Part shown: piece by piece, positions 8,987 through 18,545 of the stretch | Position numbering within the stretch: the first letter of the stretch is position 1 | Layout: every line of letters begins with the position of its first letter | Origin: Candidatus Adamsella avium | Lineage (GTDB): Bacteria; Cyanobacteriota; Vampirovibrionia; Gastranaerophilales; CAJFVJ01 | Reading direction: 5' to 3' | DNA: 64,000 nucleotides | Assembly (NCBI GenBank): GCA_904420445.1 | Contig: CAJFVJ010000001.1 | Span: 10,973 to 74,972, forward strand | Notes under the pieces: model-generated | Databases searched by the model: none | Told to the model about the DNA's origin: nothing | Seen by the model: only the letters and a program-made list of their open reading frames with translations | Position numbers and translations under genes: made by a program

Positions 8987-9718
8987 CTATATCACCAATC
9001 CGCCGTCAACACCGATAACTTGAGCGGTAATATATTTTCCCTCGCATGCCAGAAATCTTACAAGTTTTGCAACATCTTCAGCTGACCCCAATTTTTTAAG
9101 AGGAATCTTCTCTGCGATTAAATCTTTTTTCAAATCTTTTGTCATATCTGTTTCAATAAACCCCGGCGCTACAGCGTTCACCGTAATGCCTCTTGAAGCT
9201 ACTTCTTTTGCAAGAGCTTTTGTAAACCCGATTACGCCTGCTTTTGCAGAAGAATAATTCAACTGACCGGCATTGCCATAAACTCCGCAAACACTTGCCA
9301 TATTTATAACAGCTCCGCTTTTTTGCTTCAACATTTTTTCTACAACAGGTTTTGTTACATAAAACATACTGTTAAGATTTGTGTTGATTACATCTTCCCA
9401 ATTTTCATAAGACATTCTTATTGCAAGACCATCACGTGTAATACCTGCATTGTTTACCAGAACATCTATGCGCCCGAATTTTTCAAAAATCTTTGCTACG
9501 GCTTCTTTTGCTGCGTCTTTATCAGCTACGTTAAACTTCATTGCCTCGGCTTCAACTCCGAGTGCTTTGAGTTCTCCTACTGTTTCATTCGCTGCTGCGT
9601 CATTCCCTGCATAATTTATAACCACATCATAACCGCTTTTTGCAAGTTCTAAAGCGCAAGCTTTCCCTATTCCTCGAGAACCGCCCGTTACTAAAGCAAC
9701 TTTTTTTTCTTCTGTCAT
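8987..9718 (-). CDS. fabG: 3-oxoacyl-ACP reductase
   Basis: SDR with TGGSRGIGKA, NNAGI and YSSAKAG motifs, inside the fab operon. Confidence 0.93.
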   Translation of the reverse strand: MTEEKKVALVTGGSRGIGKACALELAKSGYDVVINYAGNDAAANETVGELKALGVEAEAMKFNVADKDAAKEAVAKIFEKFGRIDVLVNNAGITRDGLAIRMSYENWEDVINTNLNSMFYVTKPVVEKMLKQKSGAVINMASVCGVYGNAGQLNYSSAKAGVIGFTKALAKEVASRGITVNAVAPGFIETDMTKDLKKDLIAEKIPLKKLGSAEDVAKLVRFLACEGKYITAQVIGVDGGLVI

Positions 9719-9729
9719 TTCTATACCCC

Positions 9730-10659
9730 TTATACTCTAAGAGTCAACTCATTCACTGTTTTTTCAACAGCTTCAAGATTTGATACACTATAAGTCTTGA
9801 TATCTCGTGAAATCTTTCTGTTCAATCCCATCAAAACACTGCCGGGACCTATTTCTATCATTGTATCAACACCCTGACTCATCATATGCTGGATTATCTG
9901 AGTCCAATACACTGATGAATAAATCTGACGAGGCATCTTTTCTTCAAAATCAGAGCCTTTCGTTGTTTCCTTAGCGTCAACATTTGTCACCACAGGAATT
10001 GAAGCGTCATTGAACTTCAAATCTTTTACAAACAAAGCGAACTCTTCTCCGGCAGGCTTCATCAACGCTGAATGGAACGCTCCGCTTACGGCAAGAGGGA
10101 TTACTCTCTTTGCTCCTTTTTCTGATGCCAGCTTTGACACCTCTGCAACAGCCTGCTCCTCACCAGTAATTACAAGCTGTTCAGGCGTATTGTAGTTTGC
10201 TATGGATACAACACCGTCAACACCTGAAATAATTTCTTCCAAAACATCCTGTGACAATCCGAGAACTGCCGCCATTGAACCTGATTTTGCCTGACTCATC
10301 AACTCCGCTCTTTTTGCAATTGCCTTAATCGTATCATCAAGACTCAAAACACCTGCAGTATATAATGCTCCATATTCGCCTAAGCTATGGCCCGCTACAA
10401 AATCAGGAGTTATATCTGTTTTTTCTTTCAAAGCTTCAAGAAGAGCAAGTGATGTCGCCAATATAGCAGGCTGGGTGTTTATTGTTTGTTTCAAATCCTC
10501 TTCAGGACCGTTGAAGCAAACATTTGTTAACTTTCTGCCTATAATTGCATCAAATCTGTCATAAACTTCTTTGCCGACAGCGGAGTGTTCATAAACATCT
10601 TTACCCATGCCGACAGATTGAGCACCCTGCCCAGGAAATATAAAAGCTATTTTACCCAT
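9730..10659 (-). CDS. fabD: malonyl-CoA:ACP transacylase
   Basis: FPGQGAQ and GHSLGEY motifs, operon context. Confidence 0.93.
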   Translation of the reverse strand: MGKIAFIFPGQGAQSVGMGKDVYEHSAVGKEVYDRFDAIIGRKLTNVCFNGPEEDLKQTINTQPAILATSLALLEALKEKTDITPDFVAGHSLGEYGALYTAGVLSLDDTIKAIAKRAELMSQAKSGSMAAVLGLSQDVLEEIISGVDGVVSIANYNTPEQLVITGEEQAVAEVSKLASEKGAKRVIPLAVSGAFHSALMKPAGEEFALFVKDLKFNDASIPVVTNVDAKETTKGSDFEEKMPRQIYSSVYWTQIIQHMMSQGVDTMIEIGPGSVLMGLNRKISRDIKTYSVSNLEAVEKTVNELTLRV

Positions 10660-11662
10660 TTGTTTTCCCCGTATTTTCTAACCTGATTACTGCACTTCCC
10701 CAAGTCAATCCCGCACCAAAACCGCTTATTACAACATTAGCTGGCGTTTTAACAAAACCGCTTTCAAGCGCTTCCGTCAATGCAATCGGTATTGAGGCAG
10801 CTGAAGTATTGCCGTATTTATCCATATTAGCAAAAACTATATCCCTGCTGATACCTAATCTGTCAGATACCGCATCGAGTATTCTAACATTAGCCTGATG
10901 AGGGATAAGGTAGTCCATATCCTCTATTGTCAAACCGGCATCTTCAAGAGCCTCAAGAACAGAAGCAGGCACACTGTTTACTGCAAATTTGTAAATTTCT
11001 CTTCCGTTCATTGATAAGAACTGCGGCTCTTCTTCCCGTGGTTCGACAAGAGGACAATTTTTCCCTGCAAGAGGAATCTTCAGCTCTGAAGATTTTGCAC
11101 CGTTTGCATGCATCTTTACCGATAATACACGGTTGACATCGTCATCCGATTTTGAAACAACCATTGCCCCTGCACCATCACCAAATAAAACACAGGTGGC
11201 TCTGTCATTCCAGTCAAGAACCCGTGAATTTACATCAGCACCGACAACAAGAATATTCTTGCATTGCCCGGTTTGTATAAAACTCCTCGCAATCCCAAGG
11301 GCATAAACAAAACCCGTGCAGGCTGCCGTTGCATCAAAAGCAGGAATACCATTATCCAACCCCAACTTGCCATGAACCTCGCATCCGAGAGACGGATAAA
11401 GATGGTCAGGAGCCGAAGTCGCAGCAATAATCATATCAAGTTCTGTTTTATCCAATCCTGCATTTTCAAGAGCGTTCAAAGAAGCTTTATATGCAAGATC
11501 TGAAGCACTTTCGTTTCCTGATACAACACGTCTTTCTTTTATTCCCGTTCTTGAAGAAATCCACTCGTCATTTGTATCCAAAATAGCAGATAAATCATCA
11601 TTAGATATAACTTTTTCGGGCAGGGATTTCCCTATCCCTTTAATGCTTACAGGTATCATCAT
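10652..11662 (-). CDS. fabH: 3-oxoacyl-ACP synthase III
   Basis: AACTGF active site, HQAN and GFGAGLTWG motifs. Overlaps fabD by 8 nt. Confidence 0.93.
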   Translation of the reverse strand: MMIPVSIKGIGKSLPEKVISNDDLSAILDTNDEWISSRTGIKERRVVSGNESASDLAYKASLNALENAGLDKTELDMIIAATSAPDHLYPSLGCEVHGKLGLDNGIPAFDATAACTGFVYALGIARSFIQTGQCKNILVVGADVNSRVLDWNDRATCVLFGDGAGAMVVSKSDDDVNRVLSVKMHANGAKSSELKIPLAGKNCPLVEPREEEPQFLSMNGREIYKFAVNSVPASVLEALEDAGLTIEDMDYLIPHQANVRILDAVSDRLGISRDIVFANMDKYGNTSAASIPIALTEALESGFVKTPANVVISGFGAGLTWGSAVIRLENTGKTNG

Positions 11663-12663
11663 AATCTGTTTTGCTCGTAAAGGGCAGCTATTTTACCGTT
11701 TATATCAGTATCTACAGCTTCTTTTGCAACACGTATTGCATTTTTAATGGCGGTAGCATTGCTTCTGCCATGCGCAATAATCGTTATACCTTTAACGCCC
11801 AATAAAAGAGCTCCTCCGTATTCCTCATAATTAGTTCTTTTTCTGAGTCCTTTTAATGCCGGCATTGCAATAAAAGCACCTATTTTGGCAAGAAGAGAAT
11901 TTGCAAATTCCTGCTTGAGAGCTTTAAATATCATACTTGCAACACCTTCAATAACCTTAAGTGTTACATTCCCGACAAAACCATCGCAGACAACAACATC
12001 TGCAGCGCCCGAGAATAGTTCTTTTCCTTCGACATTTCCGATAAAATTCAGCTGGTCATTATGCGACGCAAGCAGTTTATAAGCTCCTTTTGCAAGCTCA
12101 TTTCCTTTGCCCGCTTCTTCACCTATGTTCAAAACACCGATTCTTGAATTAGGAATGCCGAGAATATTCTCTGAAAAAATCTTTCCCATAATCGCAAACT
12201 GATAAAGCATCTCGGGGGTAGACGAACTGTTTGCTCCTGCATCAATCAGAACAAGCGGATTGCTTATGGTAGGAATTGTCGTCGCAATAGCAGGTCTGTC
12301 TATACCGGGCAAACGTCCCAAGCCAAATAAACTCGATGCCATGGCAGCACCTGTACTGCCTGCTGCCACAACTGCCTGAGAACTTCCTGATGCTACAGCC
12401 GCAACGGCTTTTATAATTGATGCATCTTTTTTCTTTCTGATGGCAACACCAGGGGGTTCATCCATTTCGATAACTTCAGAGGCATGAGTAATTTTTATAT
12501 CAAGCCCTGATGTATCATACTTTGCCAGCTCGGCTTCTATTTCATCCTGTTTACCCACAAGCTCAAGAGCGATACCATATTCCTTCGCAGCCAAAACAGA
12601 ACCTTTGACTATTTCCAAAGGAGCATAATCCCCGCCCATCGCATCTACTGCTATTCTTACCAT
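11659..12663 (-). CDS. plsX: phosphate acyltransferase PlsX
   Basis: IAVDAMGGD start and VVCDGFVGN motif. 4-nt overlap with fabH. Confidence 0.93.
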   Translation of the reverse strand: MVRIAVDAMGGDYAPLEIVKGSVLAAKEYGIALELVGKQDEIEAELAKYDTSGLDIKITHASEVIEMDEPPGVAIRKKKDASIIKAVAAVASGSSQAVVAAGSTGAAMASSLFGLGRLPGIDRPAIATTIPTISNPLVLIDAGANSSSTPEMLYQFAIMGKIFSENILGIPNSRIGVLNIGEEAGKGNELAKGAYKLLASHNDQLNFIGNVEGKELFSGAADVVVCDGFVGNVTLKVIEGVASMIFKALKQEFANSLLAKIGAFIAMPALKGLRKRTNYEEYGGALLLGVKGITIIAHGRSNATAIKNAIRVAKEAVDTDINGKIAALYEQNRL

Positions 12664-12704
12664 AACACTAAATCTGCTCTTCTCTAGTAAAATCTGTTGT
12701 TAAT

Positions 12705-12878
12705 CTATTTTTTGCTGGCTTTTTCGCCTTTGTAAAATCCGCAACTTGTGCATACAGTATGAGCGATTGTTGTATCACCGCAGTTTGAACAAGTTGTTAA
12801 CTCTACTTTTGAAGCCTTCCAATTTGCTCTTCTTTTTGCCTGAGCGGATTGTCCTGTACGTTTCTTTGGAACTGCCAT
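12705..12878 (-). CDS. rpmF: 50S ribosomal protein L32
   Basis: 57-aa ORF below the track cutoff: MAVPKKRTGQSAQAKRRANWKASKVELTTCSNCGDTTIAHTVCTSCGFYKGEKASKK. Sits between yceD and plsX, as in many bacteria. Confidence 0.9.
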   Translation of the reverse strand: MAVPKKRTGQSAQAKRRANWKASKVELTTCSNCGDTTIAHTVCTSCGFYKGEKASKK

Positions 12879-12883
12879 TATTC

Positions 12884-13378
12884 TTACCTTTCTTCTTTTA
12901 TTTTATCTGTTAATCGTTTAAAAACTTCGAGTCTCGGGTCAATCTTTTCTTCCTCGCTCAAAACGGGAATTGTTCCCTCGCAGCCATGCCTGCATATTTT
13001 TTTGGTCGGAATGTTGATTATAACGGATTGATACACAAGATCGGTTATGTCTATCTCAGTTTCACCATTTAATTCTACAACAAAATTATCGTTTTTCAAC
13101 TCAATTTCATGTTTTGAATAATCAAAGACATTTTCTTTTACAAAAACTTCATCTATATCAGCATCAACATCATAATCAAACTCACTCAAACACCTGTCGC
13201 ATACAAGTTTCATGGTGGTGTTGATATGCCCTTTCACTTCAATTGTTGCACCGTTTGATTTTACCTCAAGTTTTCCTCTGACTTCTTTTCCGTTTCCAAG
13301 GTCATCTATAATCTCGCAAAAATCAACATCAAGCATTGACTCGGGCGCATTTTCTATGTCTTCGATAAGTATTTTCAC
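12884..13378 (-). CDS. yceD: YceD/DUF177 family protein
   Basis: 164 aa with CDRCLSEF and a C-terminal CRHGCEG motif. Conserved position upstream of rpmF. Confidence 0.85.
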   Translation of the reverse strand: MKILIEDIENAPESMLDVDFCEIIDDLGNGKEVRGKLEVKSNGATIEVKGHINTTMKLVCDRCLSEFDYDVDADIDEVFVKENVFDYSKHEIELKNDNFVVELNGETEIDITDLVYQSVIINIPTKKICRHGCEGTIPVLSEEEKIDPRLEVFKRLTDKIKEER

Positions 13379-13435
13379 AAACTCTACCTGCTTTAATTTA
13401 AATAATAAAAATTATATCATGAAGAAAAATTTTGC

Positions 13436-13465
13436 ATAAAAAAAGGTCGTAAAAAACGACCTTTT
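13436..13465 (-). terminator. terminator after the small wHTH gene
   Basis: aaaaggtcgt / acgacctttt arms. A T-run follows on the minus strand. Confidence 0.55.
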
Positions 13466-13486
13466 CTAAAATTCTTGAAGATAATC

Positions 13487-13702
13487 TTATTTAAGTCTTA
13501 CTTTCAAAGAATTACCTTTCTTTTCGAAAGCCAATTTATCTTCTCTTGCTAACCAACCGAGAGCAAAAGTAGCTTCATCGCCTTTCATTTCCAAATCTTT
13601 TTTCAAAGCAGCTAATGTAGCTTCATCTTTACCATTTAAATAGTTGTAGACTTTTCCTGCCGCTTGACCTATTACTTCATTCATGTCCATTGGTTCCTCC
13701 AT
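13487..13702 (-). CDS. small winged-helix protein (DUF2582-like)
   Basis: 71 aa, [20 protein letters not shown]...[10 protein letters not shown] pattern. The start may be an internal Met. Confidence 0.6.
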   Translation of the reverse strand: MEEPMDMNEVIGQAAGKVYNYLNGKDEATLAALKKDLEMKGDEATFALGWLAREDKLAFEKKGNSLKVRLK

Positions 13703-13856
13703 CTTTCTTTTATGTTTAATAAACTATAATAAAAGTGTAAAGCTGACAATCCTTATTTTGTATGAAATATTAAAAATAATCAATACTTTATTGCTTATTA
13801 TTTCAAGTTATATAAAAATAAACATATTAATTATTATTTTTATAAAGGAGTTTTTT

Positions 13857-14357
13857 ATGACATCATCAAAAAGAGGCGAAGCTTGGGTTTATAAAGACAA
13901 CGTCGATACGGATGTAATCATCCCCGCACGTTATCTCAACACATCAGACCCGAAAGAACTGGCAAGCCACTGTATGGAAGATATAGATAAGACTTTTGCA
14001 AAAGAAGTCAAATCAGGCGACATCATCGTTGCGGGCGAAAACTTCGGCTGCGGAAGTTCTAGAGAACATGCTCCGATATCCATCAAAGAAAGCGGGATAT
14101 CTGTTGTTATTGCAAAAAGCTTTGCTCGAATCTTCTTCAGAAACGCAATCAACATAGGTCTTCCCATTGTCGAAAACAAAGACATGCCAGATGAAACCTC
14201 AAAAGGCGATCAAATAGAAGTCGACCTGGCAAAAGGAGTCATCAAAAATCTCACAACAGGCAAAGAATACAAAACAAATGCCTTCTCTGAAGAAATCCAA
14301 AAAATAATTTCAAAAGGCGGACTGGTTGAATATACAAAAGAAAAACTCGCAAAATAA
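13857..14357 (+). CDS. leuD: 3-isopropylmalate dehydratase small subunit (short LeuD type)
   Basis: The internal ATG at 13857 behind AAGGAG gives [27 protein letters not shown]...[14 protein letters not shown]. The upstream part of the track ORF is AT-rich low-complexity sequence. Confidence 0.85.
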   Translation: MTSSKRGEAWVYKDNVDTDVIIPARYLNTSDPKELASHCMEDIDKTFAKEVKSGDIIVAGENFGCGSSREHAPISIKESGISVVIAKSFARIFFRNAINIGLPIVENKDMPDETSKGDQIEVDLAKGVIKNLTTGKEYKTNAFSEEIQKIISKGGLVEYTKEKLAK

Positions 14358-14369
14358 GGAGATTATGAG

Positions 14370-15443
14370 ATGAAAGAATTTAATATATGCGTGCTCCCAG
14401 GCGACGGCATCGGACCTGATGTAATCGAACAGGGAGTAAAAGTTCTCAATGCCGTAGCAAAAAAATATGACGTAAAATTTAACTATCAATACGAGCTGAT
14501 AGGAGGAGTCGCTATCGAGGCAACAGGCGTTCCTCTCCCAGATAAAACACTTGAAACCGCAAAAAAATCTGATGCGGTATATCTTGGTGCTGTTGGCGAC
14601 TGGAAATATGACACCATAGAGCCTCATCTCAGACCTGAAAGAGCGCTCCTTGGCATAAGAAAAGCCCTCGGACTCTACGCTAATCTTAGACCCGCTGTTG
14701 TTTATCCCGAGCTTGTCGAATCTTCTCCTCTCAAAAGAGATTTGGTTGAAGGTGCTGATATTATGATTATCAGGGAGCTGACAGGAGGTGCTTATTTCGG
14801 AGAACCAAAAGGTATCGAAGAAAAAAACGGTCAAAAAGTCGGTTACAACAACATGATTTATACAGAAGCGGAAATTGAACGAATTGCAAAAGTTGCCTTC
14901 GAAGTTGCCATGAAAAGACGCAAAAAACTCTGCTCTGTTGATAAAGCAAACGTTCTCGATGTTTCAAGACTATGGAGAGAAGTTATCCTCCGTGTTGCAA
15001 AAGATTACCCAGAGGTCGAATTATCTCATATGTATGTTGATAACGCAGCCATGCAGCTAATCAGACAGCCGAAGCAATTTGACGTAATCGTCACTGAAAA
15101 CCTCTTCGGGGATATTCTCTCTGATGAAGCATCAATGCTCCCCGGGTCTTTGGGACTTCTTGCAAGTGCAAGCTTGTCAGAAAAAGGACCAGCAATGTTC
15201 GAACCCTGCCATGGAAGCGCACCTGACTTCAAAGGACAAAACAGACTGAATCCTATTGCAACAATTCTCTCAGCATCCATGATGCTCAAATACAGCTTCA
15301 ATATGGATGCTGCAGCTGATGACATAGAAAAAGCCGTCATGAAAACTCTTCAACAAGGTTATAGAACAGAAGATATTATGTCTGAAGGAATGACCCTTGT
15401 CGGAACAAAAGAAATGGGAGATGCTATTGCTGCTAATATCTAA
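14370..15443 (+). CDS. leuB: 3-isopropylmalate dehydrogenase
   Basis: 357 aa with [24 protein letters not shown] and GSAPD motifs. Confidence 0.93.
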   Translation: MKEFNICVLPGDGIGPDVIEQGVKVLNAVAKKYDVKFNYQYELIGGVAIEATGVPLPDKTLETAKKSDAVYLGAVGDWKYDTIEPHLRPERALLGIRKALGLYANLRPAVVYPELVESSPLKRDLVEGADIMIIRELTGGAYFGEPKGIEEKNGQKVGYNNMIYTEAEIERIAKVAFEVAMKRRKKLCSVDKANVLDVSRLWREVILRVAKDYPEVELSHMYVDNAAMQLIRQPKQFDVIVTENLFGDILSDEASMLPGSLGLLASASLSEKGPAMFEPCHGSAPDFKGQNRLNPIATILSASMMLKYSFNMDAAADDIEKAVMKTLQQGYRTEDIMSEGMTLVGTKEMGDAIAANI

Positions 15444-15474
15444 GTTATAAAAACTCCAATATCCAATAATCAAA

Positions 15475-15504
15475 AAAGCCGATTAAAAAAATATCGGCTT
15501 TTTT
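15475..15504 (+). terminator. rho-independent terminator after leuB
   Basis: aaagccgat / atcggcttt arms followed by a T-run. Confidence 0.7.
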
Positions 15505-15520
15505 GGAACTTATATAACAA

Positions 15521-15633
15521 ATTCTGCCCCAAATTTCCAAAACAACTTCATACTGAGCGTTAGCGAAGTATCTAAACAAAAAGTATTCTTCTGGCTAAAA
15601 CCATCAGAATGACGGACTTTTAATAGTATCTGA
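15521..15633 (-). repeat. short interspersed intergenic repeat, copy C (inverted relative to copy B)
   Basis: The reverse complement reads cctcagatactattaaaagtccgtcattctgatggttttagccagaagaat...gatacttcgctaacgctcagtatgaagttgttttggaaattt. By eye, roughly 100 of about 113 positions are identical to 5212-5324. Confidence 0.7.
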
Positions 15634-15722
15634 GGAATTTTCTACATAAATCCCGCTTTTTAATGTCAAAAAATTTTCATGTCCCGTTTTAATACAAAAA
15701 AGACATAAAAAGAGGAACAAAC

Positions 15723-16382
15723 ATGAATATCACTTTTAACCCGCATACAACACCTGTTCTAAAACAATTGCAAACATCTCAACCAATTGAACCGCCGCTG
15801 AAATATAACAAAAATCTTGAGCATGACACTGTATCTTTCGGACAAAAAAAAGATAAAAATCCTAAAATTACGGCATCTCAAATAAAAGCAATATCAGAAA
15901 ATGCTACACCGGTAACATATATGAAACTGTTCAGAACAAAATCGGAAACAGGAGAAAATATTTTCTGGAGAATGACTCCAAAAGCCATAAAAGCAAGCGC
16001 AGACCTGCTCAAAAAAACAAAAAACGAGGATACACTCTCAAAAGCACTTTCTGCAAAAAATCCTGACGGGAAAAATATCCTGACAACAATCAAAACAGCT
16101 GACAAACTTGACGCACTGGTATATGCCCTCAAAGACGACCCCAAAACTCTTCTCGATATTCTCTCTTATCCAACACCAGAAGAAGCTACAGCAACACTCT
16201 TCAAAAATGCGCTGATAAAAGGAGAAAACGAGCACAAAATGCAAAAATCACTCAATAAGGCATGGTTCTCTGTCGCAAACGAAAATCCCGGAAAAAAAGA
16301 AGCTGTTATAACTCTCTTTAAAGCAAACGAAGAATATCTCAACAAGAAAAATAAAACTATTCTCGGAGATCTGACTCATTAA
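15723..16382 (+). CDS. hypothetical protein with a polar N-terminus and VSFG motif, no signal peptide
   Basis: 219-aa ORF with an AGAGGA RBS. N-terminus is MNITFNPHTTPVLKQLQTSQPIEPPLKYNKNLEHDTVSFGQKKDK. The rest is Lys-rich and looks helical. No Cys. Confidence 0.6.
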   Translation: MNITFNPHTTPVLKQLQTSQPIEPPLKYNKNLEHDTVSFGQKKDKNPKITASQIKAISENATPVTYMKLFRTKSETGENIFWRMTPKAIKASADLLKKTKNEDTLSKALSAKNPDGKNILTTIKTADKLDALVYALKDDPKTLLDILSYPTPEEATATLFKNALIKGENEHKMQKSLNKAWFSVANENPGKKEAVITLFKANEEYLNKKNKTILGDLTH

Positions 16383-16575
16383 TACCATATATAGTCTTTA
16401 GTATTAACTCTAAAGAATATACCAATGCGGGTTTCATATCATTCTCAAGAGGGGTGAAAACCTCTGTACAATAAGTTAATATGAATATGTAAGTTGATGA
16501 AAATACTTGTCTGGCAAACTTCTTCGGGGTATCGATACAAAGATTTGTATGCAAAGAGGTCGAGCATGTTTTTCG

Positions 16576-16917
16576 TTAACTTACACTTTTGTGTTCAGTT
16601 AACATAGGGAGTAACTTTAGCACGTAAGTATGGGCAGGTTCGCAAGAATCTGCCCATACTTGTGTATATCTTCTCGTATGAGAAACACTTACCGTTTCTT
16701 TGAACAAAACAGCATGATGTATGTCATAAAATCTCAAATCTTCTATCTTCTGCACATAAAATTCCTCGCTGCCGCAGTTGGTACAAAAATTATCCCTCGG
16801 AACAATCTCACCGAGCTTCATCCTCGCTTCTCGTTTCACATCACAACATCTGCATCGGACAACATACCAGCTGAGTTCGACAAGCTCTCCGCAATCAGGG
16901 CAATACTGAAATTTCAT
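16576..16917 (-). CDS. hypothetical zinc-ribbon protein
   Basis: From the internal Met: MKFQYCPDCGELVELSWYVVRCRCCD...FCTNCGSEEF, which gives CxxC pairs. Confidence 0.5.
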   Translation of the reverse strand: MKFQYCPDCGELVELSWYVVRCRCCDVKREARMKLGEIVPRDNFCTNCGSEEFYVQKIEDLRFYDIHHAVLFKETVSVSHTRRYTQVWADSCEPAHTYVLKLLPMLTEHKSVS

Positions 16918-17038
16918 ATTTAAATTTAACTTCGGATGCTTACAAAAATTATGACCTATAAGAAAATACAAAAAATTATTCACAAATAAGTAATCCCCTA
17001 AAAACTACTTATTCAGATTAATAATTTTATATAAAAAG

Positions 17039-17302
17039 TCAATTTTTCTTCTTTTTGAAAAATTCTGCAATTTTTCCGGACACAACACGCAAAAAAGTAG
17101 TGAAGTTCACATCAACATCACTCTCTTCTTCAACGGTTTCACCAACAAAAAGATCCGTGTTCGAAACTTTTTTCTCGTCTTCTCTCTTATGCCCGCCGCC
17201 GGCATAACCACCGCCGCCACCTGAACCTCTTCCGTTATTATTTGCCGCTTGCGGACGATTTATATTTGGCTCCCACTGAGGAGGGTTTAAGTTAAATGAC
17301 AT
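17039..17302 (-). CDS. small Gly-rich hypothetical protein
   Basis: MSFNLNPPQWEPNINRPQAANNNGRGSGGGGGYAGGGHKRE..., with an acidic middle and a basic tail. The start is chosen at the ATG with a GAGG 11 nt upstream. Confidence 0.4.
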   Translation of the reverse strand: MSFNLNPPQWEPNINRPQAANNNGRGSGGGGGYAGGGHKREDEKKVSNTDLFVGETVEEESDVDVNFTTFLRVVSGKIAEFFKKKKN

Positions 17303-17500
17303 CTCAAGCAACCTCAAATTAGTGACGTTATAGGTATTATACCCCTTTTTTTGAATTTGTATGTATTTTTATTAATTTAAGTTAAGTTTTGTAAACAAAA
17401 TTGGACTTTATTTTTCACAACATTAATAAAATAAAGGATAAATTCAATGAAGGGAATATGATATGCTTATTAAAACAAAACACTGCAAAAAGAAGCCGCC

Positions 17501-18424
17501 ATGAAAATTAACCCGAATATAAACACAACAAACAGCAATATTATAACCAACTCAAAAACAAAAGAAGTTGCTGCTGAAACAACAACGCAAAATACTCCCA
17601 AAATTATTCAAACAACAAACAATATCGGGATGTATATATTATCAAAACTAGAAAATATTAACAAACTCGATAATATTCAAAAAATGCTGTTTCTCAAAGA
17701 AATGCTCAACCTTCCTGATGAATGGAAAGACCTCCTCATCTTCGCCGCTTTGAAATCATCTCCAAGCGCAAACTCTGAGCAGCTCCTTTCAAAACTCATA
17801 GATTTCAATTTGCTGAAAAAAGATATCAACCAAACATCAAACGAAATCCTCAACAAACTTCTCAAACTTCTCACACCGCAGATGGCTGCCAAGTCTTCAG
17901 AAATTCAACAAATGATGGAAATTCTCCAAAAATTTCTGCCTTCATCCGAAACAAAAACACCTGACTTTATCAAAGATTTGATGCTGATGTACCTGCCATA
18001 TCTGCCGTTGAAAGAAGATTTCAAACTGAGGTTCCAAAACAAAAACAACAACGATGATAACTCCGAAAACAACTCTGATGCTATCATAATAATCCTTACA
18101 ACAAAAAATATGGGAACCTTTAGAATAGAAATCTTTCTCGAAAACTCAACCCCTCATATCCAGATTGACAACAACTCTGACTCGCTCAACAAAAGATTTT
18201 TGACAGGGTTGAAAGAAATCAAACAAAAACTCGAAATAAAAAATGAAATAAGCATAATTAAAAACAAAAATATACAATCATCAAACGAACAATCACAGCA
18301 TATTATCTCCTCTTCAAAAAAAATCCATCCCCAAATATTAATCATAGCTTACGAAATCATAAAAATGATTCTCGAACTCGACAACAAGCTGTCTATAGTT
18401 AAATCAAGAGAGCTTAAAGACTAA
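17501..18424 (+). CDS. hypothetical N/K-rich protein with a FliK-C-terminal-like (Flg_hook-like) segment
   Basis: 307 aa. The segment AIIIILTTKNMGTFRIEIFLENSTPHIQIDNNSDSLNKRFLTGLKEIKQKL follows the L-x-P-x-x-LG-x-hxhxh pattern of hook-length-control C-domains. Lies upstream of the rod genes. Confidence 0.55.
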   Translation: MKINPNINTTNSNIITNSKTKEVAAETTTQNTPKIIQTTNNIGMYILSKLENINKLDNIQKMLFLKEMLNLPDEWKDLLIFAALKSSPSANSEQLLSKLIDFNLLKKDINQTSNEILNKLLKLLTPQMAAKSSEIQQMMEILQKFLPSSETKTPDFIKDLMLMYLPYLPLKEDFKLRFQNKNNNDDNSENNSDAIIIILTTKNMGTFRIEIFLENSTPHIQIDNNSDSLNKRFLTGLKEIKQKLEIKNEISIIKNKNIQSSNEQSQHIISSSKKIHPQILIIAYEIIKMILELDNKLSIVKSRELKD

Positions 18425-18545
18425 AAATTTATAAAATTTTTCCCTCGAAAAATCATTTATCCGGATGATTTTTGTACTGCTATGTTAAATATTTAAGCAA
18501 AACTGTCGACAAGCGAAGTAGATAACTGTAAACAGGAGTTTTCTC

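Noticed and set aside
8249-9652. Plus-strand ORFs (133, 83 and 109 aa) across fabF, acpP and fabG
   Set aside because: These are antisense shadows of strongly supported fab genes. Their F/I/C/Y-rich composition is typical of reverse frames in AT-rich DNA.
13683-13856. N-terminal 58-aa extension of the leuD track ORF
   Set aside because: It is AT-rich I/L/K low-complexity sequence that overlaps the divergent wHTH gene's start. A good AAGGAG RBS precedes the internal ATG at 13857, where LeuD homology begins.
14310-15473. Minus-strand ORFs (174, 65, 104 and 67 aa) within leuB
   Set aside because: They are antisense to a confidently identified leuB, with no independent support.
16383-16575. Candidate structured ncRNA between 15723-16382 and the zinc-ribbon gene
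   Set aside because: Local hairpins are visible, but I cannot match any known RNA family by eye. I mention it in a finding and did not annotate it as a feature.
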